A stretch of DNA of 64,000 nt from an uncultured Candidatus Saccharibacteria bacterium. GTDB taxonomy: Bacteria; Patescibacteriota; Minisyncoccia; Phycocordibacterales; UBA6899. The number at the start of each line of letters is the position of its first letter. Positions within the stretch are counted from its first letter, which is position 1. The stretch is taken from contig CAZERF010000002.1 in NCBI GenBank assembly GCA_964515375.1, positions 29,164-93,163 on the forward strand, read 5' to 3'. Positions 27,535 to 36,033 of this stretch are shown here, piece by piece. The translations under genes and the position numbers were made by a program. The notes under the pieces were generated by a model. The model had not been told where the DNA came from. It ran no database searches and was given only the letters and a program-made list of their open reading frames with translations.

Positions 27535-27950
27535 AAAAGAGATCCCCTCACTGGGGATTTCTTTTTGGGTCTTTTTCATCATGACGAGTATAATGAAAGG
27601 ATGATACGCATATTCACACTTCTCTTTTCTCTTATTCCATTCTTTGCGTTTGCGGGTGACAAAACATATACACTCATTGCTCCGATCGGAACATTGAGTG
27701 GTGCGGTGACTCTCCAAACATATCTCGAGGGTGCATTCACGACCATTATCGGTATTGCAGGGATCTTGGCGGTCCTTATGCTCGTGATCTGCGGGATCAA
27801 ACTGATGGGTACCGGGTCGGTATCCGCAAAGAGTGAAGCGAAGCAGTGTATCTATAATGCGATCTTTGGACTACTCTTGGCATTGTCATCGTGGATCATC
27901 TTAAACACGATCAATCCGATGCTTCTGCGGAGTGATGCGGAGCTGGCGGT
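27533..27950 (+). repeat. Copy 1 of a 418-bp perfect tandem direct repeat (copy 2 at 28685..29102) carrying terminator, promoter/RBS and the first ~117 codons of the downstream gene
   Basis: By-eye alignment of the two regions shows identity across terminator hairpin, GAAAGGATGATACGC start region and 130 identical N-terminal residues (counted from the ORF-track start) in the two ORFs. Identity breaks at 27951/29103. Confidence 0.85.
27541..27567 (+). terminator. Rho-independent terminator (GATCCCC-TCACT-GGGGATC + TTTCTTTTTGG). An identical copy is at 28693..28719.
   Basis: Hairpin plus T-run immediately after the 26131..27534 stop. It is part of the duplicated module. Confidence 0.65.
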
Positions 27951-28683
27951 TGCGGTGCCGTCGGCGCCTCCGGCGGCACAATCACAAGGAGGAGTGCTTG
28001 AGGGTGGTCAAGTCGCGCCTGGGGACGATCCAATGCCAACCGAAGAAGGCTGGTACTATCGCTACAAAGTTCCCGCAGGGAATGTGAAGAACTCGACAAG
28101 ATTTGATACCGCACAAGGTTGTCTTTCAGTACAAGAGGCACAAGAACAAACAGAACCGGCGAGTGTCGTCAAAAAATGCTTCCAGGTCGAAAAACAAGTT
28201 GGAGGAGTCACACTTTCGGGACTATCAGCAGATGAAAAAGGCACGCGAAATGCGTTGTGTGGGAATGACTCTTGTGTGAGTGAAAGCTCAACCAATGTGT
28301 ACATTAACAACGCGCCATGCCCCCCGGGAAGCGCCGGGAAGGGGTGTACCAATGTCACAAAACTTCCCACCGAAACCGTGAACATGGTGAAATCACTGGC
28401 GTCAAAATGTGGATGCAGAGTAACGATCACCGGAGGGACAGAACCCGGACACCAAACACACGGGCCAAACAATCCCCAGATCGATATCACTCTCAAAAAC
28501 CCGACACTCAACAATTATATTCAAAAGAATGCGACAGCATCTCGCGCTGCAGGAGGAAATGCTGCCAATAAATATGCGGTTGACGGATGGTGGTTCGTCG
28601 ACGAAAAAGGTGCTCAACCCCACTGGCATATCTGCCCAGTCGGATATGTCCAAGAAAGGGAAAAATGGTGTGGGCCAATATAG
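27601..28683 (+). CDS. Secreted/membrane-anchored protein, paralog A. N-terminal SP+2-TM module (VirB2/TrbC-like topology). C-terminal Cys-rich domain, possibly a Zn-dependent M15-like peptidoglycan peptidase.
   Basis: Start at ATGATACGC (MIRIF…) with GAAAGGA SD. The ORF track starts 36 nt earlier. C-terminal motifs …ITGGTEPGHQTHGPNNPQIDITL… and …PHWHI are reminiscent of H-x(n)-D…H zinc ligands of M15 peptidases. This is weak. Confidence 0.6.
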   Translation: MIRIFTLLFSLIPFFAFAGDKTYTLIAPIGTLSGAVTLQTYLEGAFTTIIGIAGILAVLMLVICGIKLMGTGSVSAKSEAKQCIYNAIFGLLLALSSWIILNTINPMLLRSDAELAVAVPSAPPAAQSQGGVLEGGQVAPGDDPMPTEEGWYYRYKVPAGNVKNSTRFDTAQGCLSVQEAQEQTEPASVVKKCFQVEKQVGGVTLSGLSADEKGTRNALCGNDSCVSESSTNVYINNAPCPPGSAGKGCTNVTKLPTETVNMVKSLASKCGCRVTITGGTEPGHQTHGPNNPQIDITLKNPTLNNYIQKNATASRAAGGNAANKYAVDGWWFVDEKGAQPHWHICPVGYVQEREKWCGPI

Positions 28684-28684
28684 C

Positions 28685-29102
28685 AAAAAAGAGATCCCCT
28701 CACTGGGGATTTCTTTTTGGGTCTTTTTCATCATGACGAGTATAATGAAAGGATGATACGCATATTCACACTTCTCTTTTCTCTTATTCCATTCTTTGCG
28801 TTTGCGGGTGACAAAACATATACACTCATTGCTCCGATCGGAACATTGAGTGGTGCGGTGACTCTCCAAACATATCTCGAGGGTGCATTCACGACCATTA
28901 TCGGTATTGCAGGGATCTTGGCGGTCCTTATGCTCGTGATCTGCGGGATCAAACTGATGGGTACCGGGTCGGTATCCGCAAAGAGTGAAGCGAAGCAGTG
29001 TATCTATAATGCGATCTTTGGACTACTCTTGGCATTGTCATCGTGGATCATCTTAAACACGATCAATCCGATGCTTCTGCGGAGTGATGCGGAGCTGGCG
29101 GT
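28685..29102 (+). repeat. Copy 2 of the 418-bp perfect direct repeat
   Basis: See copy 1. Confidence 0.85.
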
Positions 29103-29991
29103 ATACGTACCCAAGGCTCCCACAGGAGCACCTGCGGTGGGAAGTACTCCAAGTATAGCTGGTGCCCCAACTGCACCAGGTTGTTATTTTAAGTTCAAAG
29201 ACCTAAAAACAAAAAAGACTGAGTATCAACGTTTTGACTCAACAAGCGACGGAACATGTCTATCATGCAACGAAGTACGCAGAAATTTTCAACTCTACCC
29301 CGAACAATATGAAATACTAAGCGAATGTTACGAGATCAAGGAAGGTCAAACTCCCACCCCTCCTCCGGGAGATACAAGAGGAACACTCATGGATGGCGTA
29401 CGTTGTTCAGGACAACCTGCGAACCTCTGCGAGCCGTATCCGCTTCCCGGTGGCTGCGAAAACACACAATGCGCACAATTCTTTCCAATGGTGAGGAGTG
29501 CGGCAAGAGGTTCGGCAACCGCAAGTTTTCTTATGGCAATGATAGTAAAAGAGTCCTCATGCGGAATGAACCTCACCTCCCCTGCGGGAGCATGTGGACC
29601 AACACAACTCCTTCCATCAACAGCAAACGCATATAAAGCAGCCTGTGGTGTCACCGAAACAATCACTTGCCAATGGTTAGCAAGTAAGGCAAACTGGCAG
29701 AAGGCGATATGTATCAGTGCAAATTACTTCAACTCCAACACAGGAAGCGGTTGTGGTTCTAGTGTTATCGGACTTGCGGCGGGGTACAACGGTGGATACG
29801 GGAGTAAAACCTGTGGCCCAAGTGCAAACTGTGCCTCTCAAACAAGTTGCCGCGGTGGAACAGTGCGTCGCTGGGAATGCCCCTACGAAGACAATGCGCA
29901 CACTCAGTGTAACGCAGGGTATAGAGAAACACGAAACTATGGACCGATGGTCCTCTACTGTCAGCAGTATTACCAACAGAAAGGACTCTGA
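28753..29991 (+). CDS. Secreted/membrane-anchored lytic transglycosylase-like protein, paralog B (VirB1-like function inferred). Identical N-terminal module to paralog A.
   Basis: C-terminal region carries SLT-family signature …MIVKESSCGMNLTSPAGACGPTQLLPSTANAY… (E-S catalytic pair, AGA-G-Q-L-P-TA) and a …LAAGYNGG… (AYN-G) motif. Confidence 0.65.
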   Translation: MIRIFTLLFSLIPFFAFAGDKTYTLIAPIGTLSGAVTLQTYLEGAFTTIIGIAGILAVLMLVICGIKLMGTGSVSAKSEAKQCIYNAIFGLLLALSSWIILNTINPMLLRSDAELAVYVPKAPTGAPAVGSTPSIAGAPTAPGCYFKFKDLKTKKTEYQRFDSTSDGTCLSCNEVRRNFQLYPEQYEILSECYEIKEGQTPTPPPGDTRGTLMDGVRCSGQPANLCEPYPLPGGCENTQCAQFFPMVRSAARGSATASFLMAMIVKESSCGMNLTSPAGACGPTQLLPSTANAYKAACGVTETITCQWLASKANWQKAICISANYFNSNTGSGCGSSVIGLAAGYNGGYGSKTCGPSANCASQTSCRGGTVRRWECPYEDNAHTQCNAGYRETRNYGPMVLYCQQYYQQKGL

Positions 29992-29993
29992 TC

Positions 29994-30716
29994 ATGAAAA
30001 AAATACTCGTTACACTTATCGCACTACTCTTCCTTCCTTTCTCTCTTGTTTGGGCAATGACCGCATCTCCTATTGAGGAATGGCATATTATCTATCATCT
30101 AAAGTATCGAAACGGGACACTCACATCGGATACCTCATCAGGTTTGGCGTACACCCCGATCATGTATACCCCAGAGTCGCTCGGTCAATCAGATCCAAAA
30201 GATTCCGACTTTTACGCAACAACTCTAAGCGGGAGCGGTACAGAGATCGAACGATTCGGTTTCAACATCCCCACCGTCTATTCACCGGCGCTTGGAGAAA
30301 GTCTCTTTGATGTGACCGGAAAATACTTTGCGTATGCCGATCGCATTGTTTTTTTCAAGAAGGGAGGAGTTGAACTCTTCCGGATCTCACTCAAGGGAAG
30401 TTCTTTTTGTAACGAAGACACGGTGTGCAATGCGGATGCTGGAGAGGATCACATGAACTGTCCAATGGACTGCCCAGCTCCACAGCCAACGACACAAACA
30501 GAGCAAGATCCGACAACAAAGAACGTCACACCCGCAACCCCAAACACCGGTACACCAAATGCGCCGATCGATGTTTCAGTAACACAAGGAGGCGAAAACG
30601 GGAGCAGTACACCACTCCTCACTCCAACACGCACAACTCTCATCGTCGCATCACTTATTGTTCTCATCCTCTTCGGAATACTCTGGAAACTCAAAAGATT
30701 CCGAGATGAAGAATAA
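29994..30716 (+). CDS. Secreted protein with C-terminal TM anchor (hypothetical)
   Basis: Signal peptide …FSLVWA|MT. P/T-rich linker. C-terminal TM (LIVASLIVLILFGILW) plus basic tail. Terminator follows. Confidence 0.65.
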   Translation: MKKILVTLIALLFLPFSLVWAMTASPIEEWHIIYHLKYRNGTLTSDTSSGLAYTPIMYTPESLGQSDPKDSDFYATTLSGSGTEIERFGFNIPTVYSPALGESLFDVTGKYFAYADRIVFFKKGGVELFRISLKGSSFCNEDTVCNADAGEDHMNCPMDCPAPQPTTQTEQDPTTKNVTPATPNTGTPNAPIDVSVTQGGENGSSTPLLTPTRTTLIVASLIVLILFGILWKLKRFRDEE

Positions 30717-30722
30717 GAACAA

Positions 30723-30751
30723 CCCCCTTCAGATGAAGGGGGTTTCTTTTT
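30723..30751 (+). terminator. Rho-independent terminator (CCCCCTTC-AGAT-GAAGGGGG + TTTCTTTTT)
   Basis: Perfect 8-bp stem plus T-run. The minus-strand jag gene ends 8 bp further on, so it is probably bidirectional. Confidence 0.75.
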
Positions 30752-30758
30752 GTGTTCC

Positions 30759-31235
30759 TTATTCGGAGACAATAGTGTCTTTAAACCGGAGAACGACATG
30801 ACGATCCTTTCCGCTCCCCGCAGATTCAGTTGTTATATCAGAAGTATCGGCGAATTCAGAATGGACGATCATACGCTCGTACGAACTCATCGGATCCATT
30901 TCAACAGAGCTTTTGAAATATCGCGCGCGTTCCGCGAGCATGTGTGCTTTCGCGCGGATATCCTCAATATGCTTCTTTTGATAGTCATTCACATCGATCA
31001 TGAAGGAAAGATCACTCTCCTTGGCCTGACGCTCAAATATGCGCTTCATGATGTGATTGAGCGCCATAAGTCGTGCTCCATGTTCACCGATCAGGAGCGC
31101 GGAATCGGGGGTCTCGATGACGAAACGCAATGTTCCCGTCCGCTCATCCTCTTCAGTACGGATCTCGTTCACCACAACACCGAGAGTTCGGAGTATCGTG
31201 TGCAATGCGGTTATGATCGTTTCTTTGTGTTCCAT
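30759..31235 (-). CDS. jag: Jag/KhpB-like RNA-binding protein (KH + R3H domains)
   Basis: The KH-like GxxG region (LIGEHGARL) and the conserved position immediately downstream of yidC support this. Confidence 0.75.
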   Translation of the reverse strand: MEHKETIITALHTILRTLGVVVNEIRTEEDERTGTLRFVIETPDSALLIGEHGARLMALNHIMKRIFERQAKESDLSFMIDVNDYQKKHIEDIRAKAHMLAERARYFKSSVEMDPMSSYERMIVHSEFADTSDITTESAGSGKDRHVVLRFKDTIVSE

Positions 31236-31304
31236 AGGAGAATGGCGTTAGGGTAATAAAAATCCCTCCGACAAGAGGGATTTACATTTCAACACAAAAG
31301 TTCA

Positions 31305-32042
31305 CTATTTCGCACGAAGCGCAAGTCTCTTTTTGTGCATCAACATCTCTTGACCGATACCAAGTATATTACTCGTTGCCCAATAAAGCGCAACCGCCGC
31401 GGGGAGTGTAAAGGAAATGATTCCGACGATCACAGGGAGCACATAACGAAGTTGGAGTTGCATTGTTTTTGCAAAATCCTCTTGAAATGAGGGCTTCTCT
31501 CCTTTCTTTGGTTCGATCGCCGGTTGATTCTTAATGGAAATATGAGCCTGGAGATACTGAGTAAAACCGGCAAGAAAAGCGAGGACGGCACTTTTTCCCA
31601 AGAGGTCAAACCCGAGAAAATGCATATCAAGCTCTCCCGGCGAAGAAACAAAAGGATAGAGAATACTCACGTCGATCGTGGGGAGTCCTTTGAAGAATAC
31701 CCAATACAAGCCGAAGATAATAGGGATCTGGATCAGAATAGGAAGACAACCGGAAAAAGGGGTGATCCCTTTTTTCTGGTAAAGTTCCATGGTCTTTTGT
31801 GCCAACTGCTGTTGATCCTTACCGTATTTCTCTTTGAGTGCCTTGAGTTCAGGTTCAAGCTCTTTCATTGCATGTTGTGCCTCGATCGACTTTCCCGCCA
31901 AAGGATACAACACAAGCTTCACAACAAGAGTAAGGAGAATGATCGCCACCCCAACAGAGTGCCACGGAAGGAAGTCAATAATGAGAACCAGAATATTATA
32001 GAGTGGTTGATAGACAACAGAGTGCCAAATAGATGAGATCAT
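31305..32042 (-). CDS. yidC: Membrane protein insertase YidC/Oxa1 (short monoderm-type form)
   Basis: 60 kDa-IMP core motifs (…PFSGCLPILIQIPIIFGLYWVF…). 245 aa and no large periplasmic domain. Canonical rnpA-yidD-yidC context. Confidence 0.88.
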   Translation of the reverse strand: MISSIWHSVVYQPLYNILVLIIDFLPWHSVGVAIILLTLVVKLVLYPLAGKSIEAQHAMKELEPELKALKEKYGKDQQQLAQKTMELYQKKGITPFSGCLPILIQIPIIFGLYWVFFKGLPTIDVSILYPFVSSPGELDMHFLGFDLLGKSAVLAFLAGFTQYLQAHISIKNQPAIEPKKGEKPSFQEDFAKTMQLQLRYVLPVIVGIISFTLPAAVALYWATSNILGIGQEMLMHKKRLALRAK

Positions 32043-32099
32043 GAATGAGTGATTACCGGAAGATGTAAGTGACGAACAATACCTATACTATACCTTCCG

Positions 32100-32339
32100 T
32101 CACGGAAAATCCACCAATTTTTTTTGGTACGGATGACACTGCAAAACACGTCGTACCCCTTTCAATATCCCTTTTATCGGGCCATATTTACGCACCGCAA
32201 GAATCATGTATTCCGAACACGAAGGATACATGGTGCAATAGGTACCCCGGAGTCCAAGGAACTTTCTCAACATTCCCTGATCAGGGGAGAGGATACGTTG
32301 ATAAAAACGCACACCACGAACAATAAATTCAGTGAGCAT
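32100..32339 (-). CDS. yidD: Membrane protein insertion efficiency factor YidD
   Basis: RFYQRILSP…CRFYPSCSEY-type motif (CTMYPSCSEY). 79 aa. Overlaps the rnpA stop. Confidence 0.85.
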   Translation of the reverse strand: MLTEFIVRGVRFYQRILSPDQGMLRKFLGLRGTYCTMYPSCSEYMILAVRKYGPIKGILKGVRRVLQCHPYQKKLVDFP

Positions 32340-32673
32340 GTTGCATCAAAAGAAAAGCATCGAGATCCGCGCGAATATCGGCAAAAGCGATCGTACCCAC
32401 CTTTCGAAGCGGAAAAATGACCACCTTTCCGTGCACAAAGTGATCAAACGCGGGATAAAGCGGAAAAAGGGCAGCGAGTGCTCGTCTTTTGAAAAGATGG
32501 CGCTCAACCGCATTGTTTGAATGCTTCTTTGCGACCACAACAGAAAAAAGGGTCTTTTGTGGACCTGTACCGGTATACGAAACGACCCGCACCGCTTTTC
32601 CGTCATAAGTCGACCGTCGATCCCGATATGAAGGGAAGGTGTGACGGGTAAGCTTACGATCTTTAGAAAGCAT
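32329..32673 (-). CDS. rnpA: Ribonuclease P protein component RnpA
   Basis: Basic 114-aa protein with a VAKKHSNNAVERHLFKRR-type RNR-like motif. Sits between rpmH and yidD. Confidence 0.8.
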   Translation of the reverse strand: MLSKDRKLTRHTFPSYRDRRSTYDGKAVRVVSYTGTGPQKTLFSVVVAKKHSNNAVERHLFKRRALAALFPLYPAFDHFVHGKVVIFPLRKVGTIAFADIRADLDAFLLMQHAH

Positions 32674-32736
32674 AGAGCGAGATGATTACACGAAAAAGTC
32701 CGCGGCTGTGGAAAAACGCCGGGTAAGGAATGATCC

Positions 32737-32871
32737 TTAGACTGCGAGGCGCGCGCGTCCCTTCTGCATTCTCCGCTTGAGTACAGTCTTTCCGTTCGCT
32801 GTCTTCTTGCGAACGAGAAAACCGTGTGTTTTCGCGCGTTTACGCTTTTTGGGTTGATATGTGACTGACAT
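32737..32871 (-). CDS. rpmH: 50S ribosomal protein L34
   Basis: [44 protein letters not shown] is the 44-aa L34 signature (TYQP…RKR…THGF…GR). The ORF track starts further upstream (32946). Confidence 0.85.
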   Translation of the reverse strand: MSVTYQPKKRKRAKTHGFLVRKKTANGKTVLKRRMQKGRARLAV

Positions 32872-32946
32872 GCGGCGAAGTATAAAATACTTTCTTTTAT
32901 TTTTCAACATTGCCCATCGTTCTTTTGTGGTGTAATGTTTGTCCAC

Positions 32947-33047
32947 AGGTTATACACGACATATGAACAGTTCGGTCTTTTTCTCTCGCACCGACTTCTT
33001 CGCTATAATGATGCTTACGTTATTGAACTAACTTTGGAGGACTTTTT
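32947..33047. promoter_or_regulatory. rpmH-dnaA intergenic region with DnaA-box-like motif (TTGTCCACA) and dnaA promoter (TATAAT-like at ~33003)
   Basis: 8/9 match to TTATCCACA at 32940-32948. AT-rich. Classical origin-proximal location. Confidence 0.4.
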
Positions 33048-34397
33048 ATGGAGAATAAAGAATTATGGAGCAGGGCGCTGGTTGATATTGAGCTTGAAGT
33101 TTCCAAAGCGAACTTCAGTACATGGTTCAAGAACACCAGGATCACGAAACAGGAGGACGGTACGGTCTATATCGGGGTTCAAAATGAGTTCGTGCGTGAC
33201 TGGCTCTCCAACAAGTACCACTCCATGCTCCTCAAAACCCTCCGAAACCTCTCCGAACAAGTACGCAATATTGAGTACGTTATCGTCAAAGACGACGGTA
33301 TTGAGCGTCCGGAACATCCGCAAAAGAAAGATCTTTTCCCCACACTCAGCGCCGAACTCCCACTTCAAGACACCTACGTGAATCGAGAAGACGGCTTAAA
33401 TCCTCGTTATATTTTTGATTCCTTCGTCATTGGACCCTTCAATGAGCTTGCCTATGCCGCAGCACAAGCGGTTCTCAAGAAGCCGGGAATCATGTATAAC
33501 CCACTCTTTATCTACGGATCGACCGGATTCGGAAAGACCCACTTGATTCAATCGATCGGAAACGGAGTTAAACACCAATATCCCGGAAAAAGAGTGCAAT
33601 ACATCAGTTCTGAGAAATTCGCGACCGATTATGTGAACTCCCTCCAGAACAATCGCGTCAATGAATTCAAGGAAAAATATCGCAAATTCGATGTCCTGAT
33701 CATGGATGATATTCAGTTCTTGGTAGGGAAGGAGAAGACTCAAGAGGAACTCTTCCATCTCTACAACGCCCTCTACGAGAACAACAAACAGATCATCTTC
33801 TCCTCAGACAAACATCCCAACTACATCAATGGGCTTGAAGACCGACTCAAATCACGTTTTGGATCAGGGATGATCGTCGAGATCACGATGCCGGACTTCG
33901 AATCACGTCTCGCTATTCTTCGTGAAAAACTCAAACAACAACAAGTTATCATTCCCGACGAGATCGTCGCGCATATCGCGGAAACGATCCAAGCAAGCAT
34001 TCGCGAACTCGAGGGAACCCTCAATCTCGTTGTTTGCCAAGCACAACTTAAGAACAAGACACTATCCCTAAATGAGGTAAAAACTCTCATCAAAAACAAC
34101 GCAAAACCGACAAAACCGGTCTCCATCAAAGATATCGTCAAGACGATCACTACCTTCTACAACATCGATGAACGCTTCATTTATGAAAAGACTCGCCGCA
34201 AGGAGGTGGTAAAACCGCGCCAAGTATTGATGTACATCCTTCGTGAAGATTTCAACATCTCCTATCCTTTGATCGGACAAAAACTAGGCGGACGTGATCA
34301 CACGACGGTTATACACTCGTGTGAGAAGATCAAAGTAGACATAAAGAGTGACACACTCCTTATGCAGGAGATCGAGCAGATCCGTGCAATGTTCTAA
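33048..34397 (+). CDS. dnaA: Chromosomal replication initiator protein DnaA
   Basis: Walker A GSTGFGKTHL, sensor motifs, C-terminal DNA-binding helix-turn-helix. 449 aa. GGAGG SD upstream. Confidence 0.93.
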   Translation: MENKELWSRALVDIELEVSKANFSTWFKNTRITKQEDGTVYIGVQNEFVRDWLSNKYHSMLLKTLRNLSEQVRNIEYVIVKDDGIERPEHPQKKDLFPTLSAELPLQDTYVNREDGLNPRYIFDSFVIGPFNELAYAAAQAVLKKPGIMYNPLFIYGSTGFGKTHLIQSIGNGVKHQYPGKRVQYISSEKFATDYVNSLQNNRVNEFKEKYRKFDVLIMDDIQFLVGKEKTQEELFHLYNALYENNKQIIFSSDKHPNYINGLEDRLKSRFGSGMIVEITMPDFESRLAILREKLKQQQVIIPDEIVAHIAETIQASIRELEGTLNLVVCQAQLKNKTLSLNEVKTLIKNNAKPTKPVSIKDIVKTITTFYNIDERFIYEKTRRKEVVKPRQVLMYILREDFNISYPLIGQKLGGRDHTTVIHSCEKIKVDIKSDTLLMQEIEQIRAMF

Positions 34398-34648
34398 AGT
34401 GTGAACTGTGGAGAAGGTCGGGGATAACACACGTTTGAGTGGGGATGAAAAACAAGGAGACTGGGGATGGGTTGTGGATGAATGTGTGCGTAGTGAAAGA
34501 GAGGTGTGGATATCACCAAACATCTCCACAGACTACACAATAAAAAATGTCGGATATATCGTTCTTAAATAAGGGTATAGTATCGCTCATCCACATATCC
34601 ACACCGGTAATTCATATAATAGATCTTATATAAAGAAGTTATACAGTT
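34398..34648. promoter_or_regulatory. Putative oriC: dnaA-dnaN spacer with ≥4 DnaA-box-like 9-mers (TGTGGATGA, TGTGGATAT, TCATCCACA, TATCCACAC, GGGGATAAC) and an AT-rich DUE-like tract (34541-34600)
   Basis: Motifs read directly from the sequence. Each is an 8/9 match to TTATCCACA/TGTGGATAA in both orientations. Confidence 0.55.
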
Positions 34649-35749
34649 ATGAAGCTCGAATGCGTAAAACTCAATCTCAAAGATGCATTGCTCACTGCGG
34701 AACGGTTCACGGGGAAGCGTGTTTCGTTGCCGGTGCTCCGTTACGTGCTTTTCATTGCCGGTGAAAAGTCACTCAAACTTCGTGCGACGAATCTCGAGAT
34801 GGGGATCGAGATCGAACTCCCCGCTCGCGTGGAGAAAGAGGGTGTCATTGCGATACCGGCTGATACACTGGGTAACTTTCTTTCAAATCTTCCGAGCGAG
34901 AAGAATGTGACGATCGAGCAAGCTGAAGGAAATCTTCTTATTGCCGGTTCAACCTATTCGACGGTCATTAAGGGTTTTCCTTATGAGGACTTTCCTACGC
35001 TGCCGTTCGTGACTAAGGGAATCAGTTTTGATATTGAAGCACGTCAATTGGTGGAAGGTTTCCGTGCAACACAGTTCTCTGTGGCGCTCTCGATGGTCAA
35101 GCCGGAATTCGCGAGTGTGTATGTGTATACCGAGGAAGGAATGCTGGTGATGGTCGCAACTGACTCGTCACGCCTCGGAGAGAAGCGTGTAGCGCTCAAA
35201 AATGCTCCTGAAGGCCTCTCGATGCTTATTCCCGGGACCAATGTCGTTGAGCTTGTTCGTGCGCTTGAAGGGGTGAATGAGAGGGTTTCCGTCGTTGCGA
35301 CAAAAAACCAAGTGACATTCAGTACGGAGCATATTCACATCACCTCTCGCCTTGTTGATGGAGTGTTTCCTGATTATCATCAGATCATTCCGAAGAAGTT
35401 TACTACTGAAGTGGTACTTCTTCGTCAGGATCTTGTTGATCGTCTTCGTATGACCACGGTGTTCTCGGGGAAATTGCAACAAGTACGCCTTAAGATCTAT
35501 CCGCAAGAGAAGCTTTTTGAGGTAGAGTCTCGCAACGATGAGATCGGAGAGACATCACAACAGGTTGACGCGACACTTTCCGGTGAGTCGGTTGAATTTC
35601 TTTTGAATCAGCGATTTTTAAACGACGTTCTCTCGTATCTCTCAACTGATAGTGTGACGCTTTCTGCGAGTGGTGCAGGAAAACCTCTTGTAGTTCGCGG
35701 TGTTGGTGATCATTCATTTCTTTACCTCCTCATGCCGATGCGCGGTTGA
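34649..35749 (+). CDS. dnaN: DNA polymerase III beta sliding clamp DnaN
   Basis: 366 aa with three-domain beta clamp pattern. Immediately follows dnaA. Confidence 0.9.
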   Translation: MKLECVKLNLKDALLTAERFTGKRVSLPVLRYVLFIAGEKSLKLRATNLEMGIEIELPARVEKEGVIAIPADTLGNFLSNLPSEKNVTIEQAEGNLLIAGSTYSTVIKGFPYEDFPTLPFVTKGISFDIEARQLVEGFRATQFSVALSMVKPEFASVYVYTEEGMLVMVATDSSRLGEKRVALKNAPEGLSMLIPGTNVVELVRALEGVNERVSVVATKNQVTFSTEHIHITSRLVDGVFPDYHQIIPKKFTTEVVLLRQDLVDRLRMTTVFSGKLQQVRLKIYPQEKLFEVESRNDEIGETSQQVDATLSGESVEFLLNQRFLNDVLSYLSTDSVTLSASGAGKPLVVRGVGDHSFLYLLMPMRG

Positions 35750-36021
35750 TCATTTTCGATATGGAACTTTCCGGTATCGCAAAATATCTTGAGATCTATC
35801 GTGAACGATTGTTGTCCGCCGATGATGAGCGGAAACTTGTGGTCATGGTTGTTCGTGATGTTGCGGGGGTTTCTATTGCCGAGTCGGATATCACGATCAA
35901 GCAGACCGTATTGCACATCAAGGCGGATTCGGTGACACGACACCGTCTTTTTGTTTGTCGTGAAAAGATCGTGAAAGAACTTGCGTCTCGTACAAAACAA
36001 AAGATCACCGAAGTGCGGTGA
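35746..36021 (+). CDS. Small DUF721/DciA-like protein (hypothetical), start overlapping dnaN stop
   Basis: 91 aa. The ATGA overlap with dnaN suggests translational coupling. Its position after dnaN and the motif …TVLHIKADSVTRHRLFVCREKIV… resemble DUF721 proteins. Confidence 0.45.
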   Translation: MIIFDMELSGIAKYLEIYRERLLSADDERKLVVMVVRDVAGVSIAESDITIKQTVLHIKADSVTRHRLFVCREKIVKELASRTKQKITEVR

Positions 36022-36031
36022 TCTTTTGTTT
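36001..36031. terminator. Bidirectional rho-independent terminator (AAGATCACC-GAAGTGC-GGTGATCTT + TTGTTT) between convergent genes
   Basis: Perfect 9-bp stem. It sits between the DUF721-like stop and the PBP1A stop. Confidence 0.7.
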
Positions 36032-36033
36032 AC

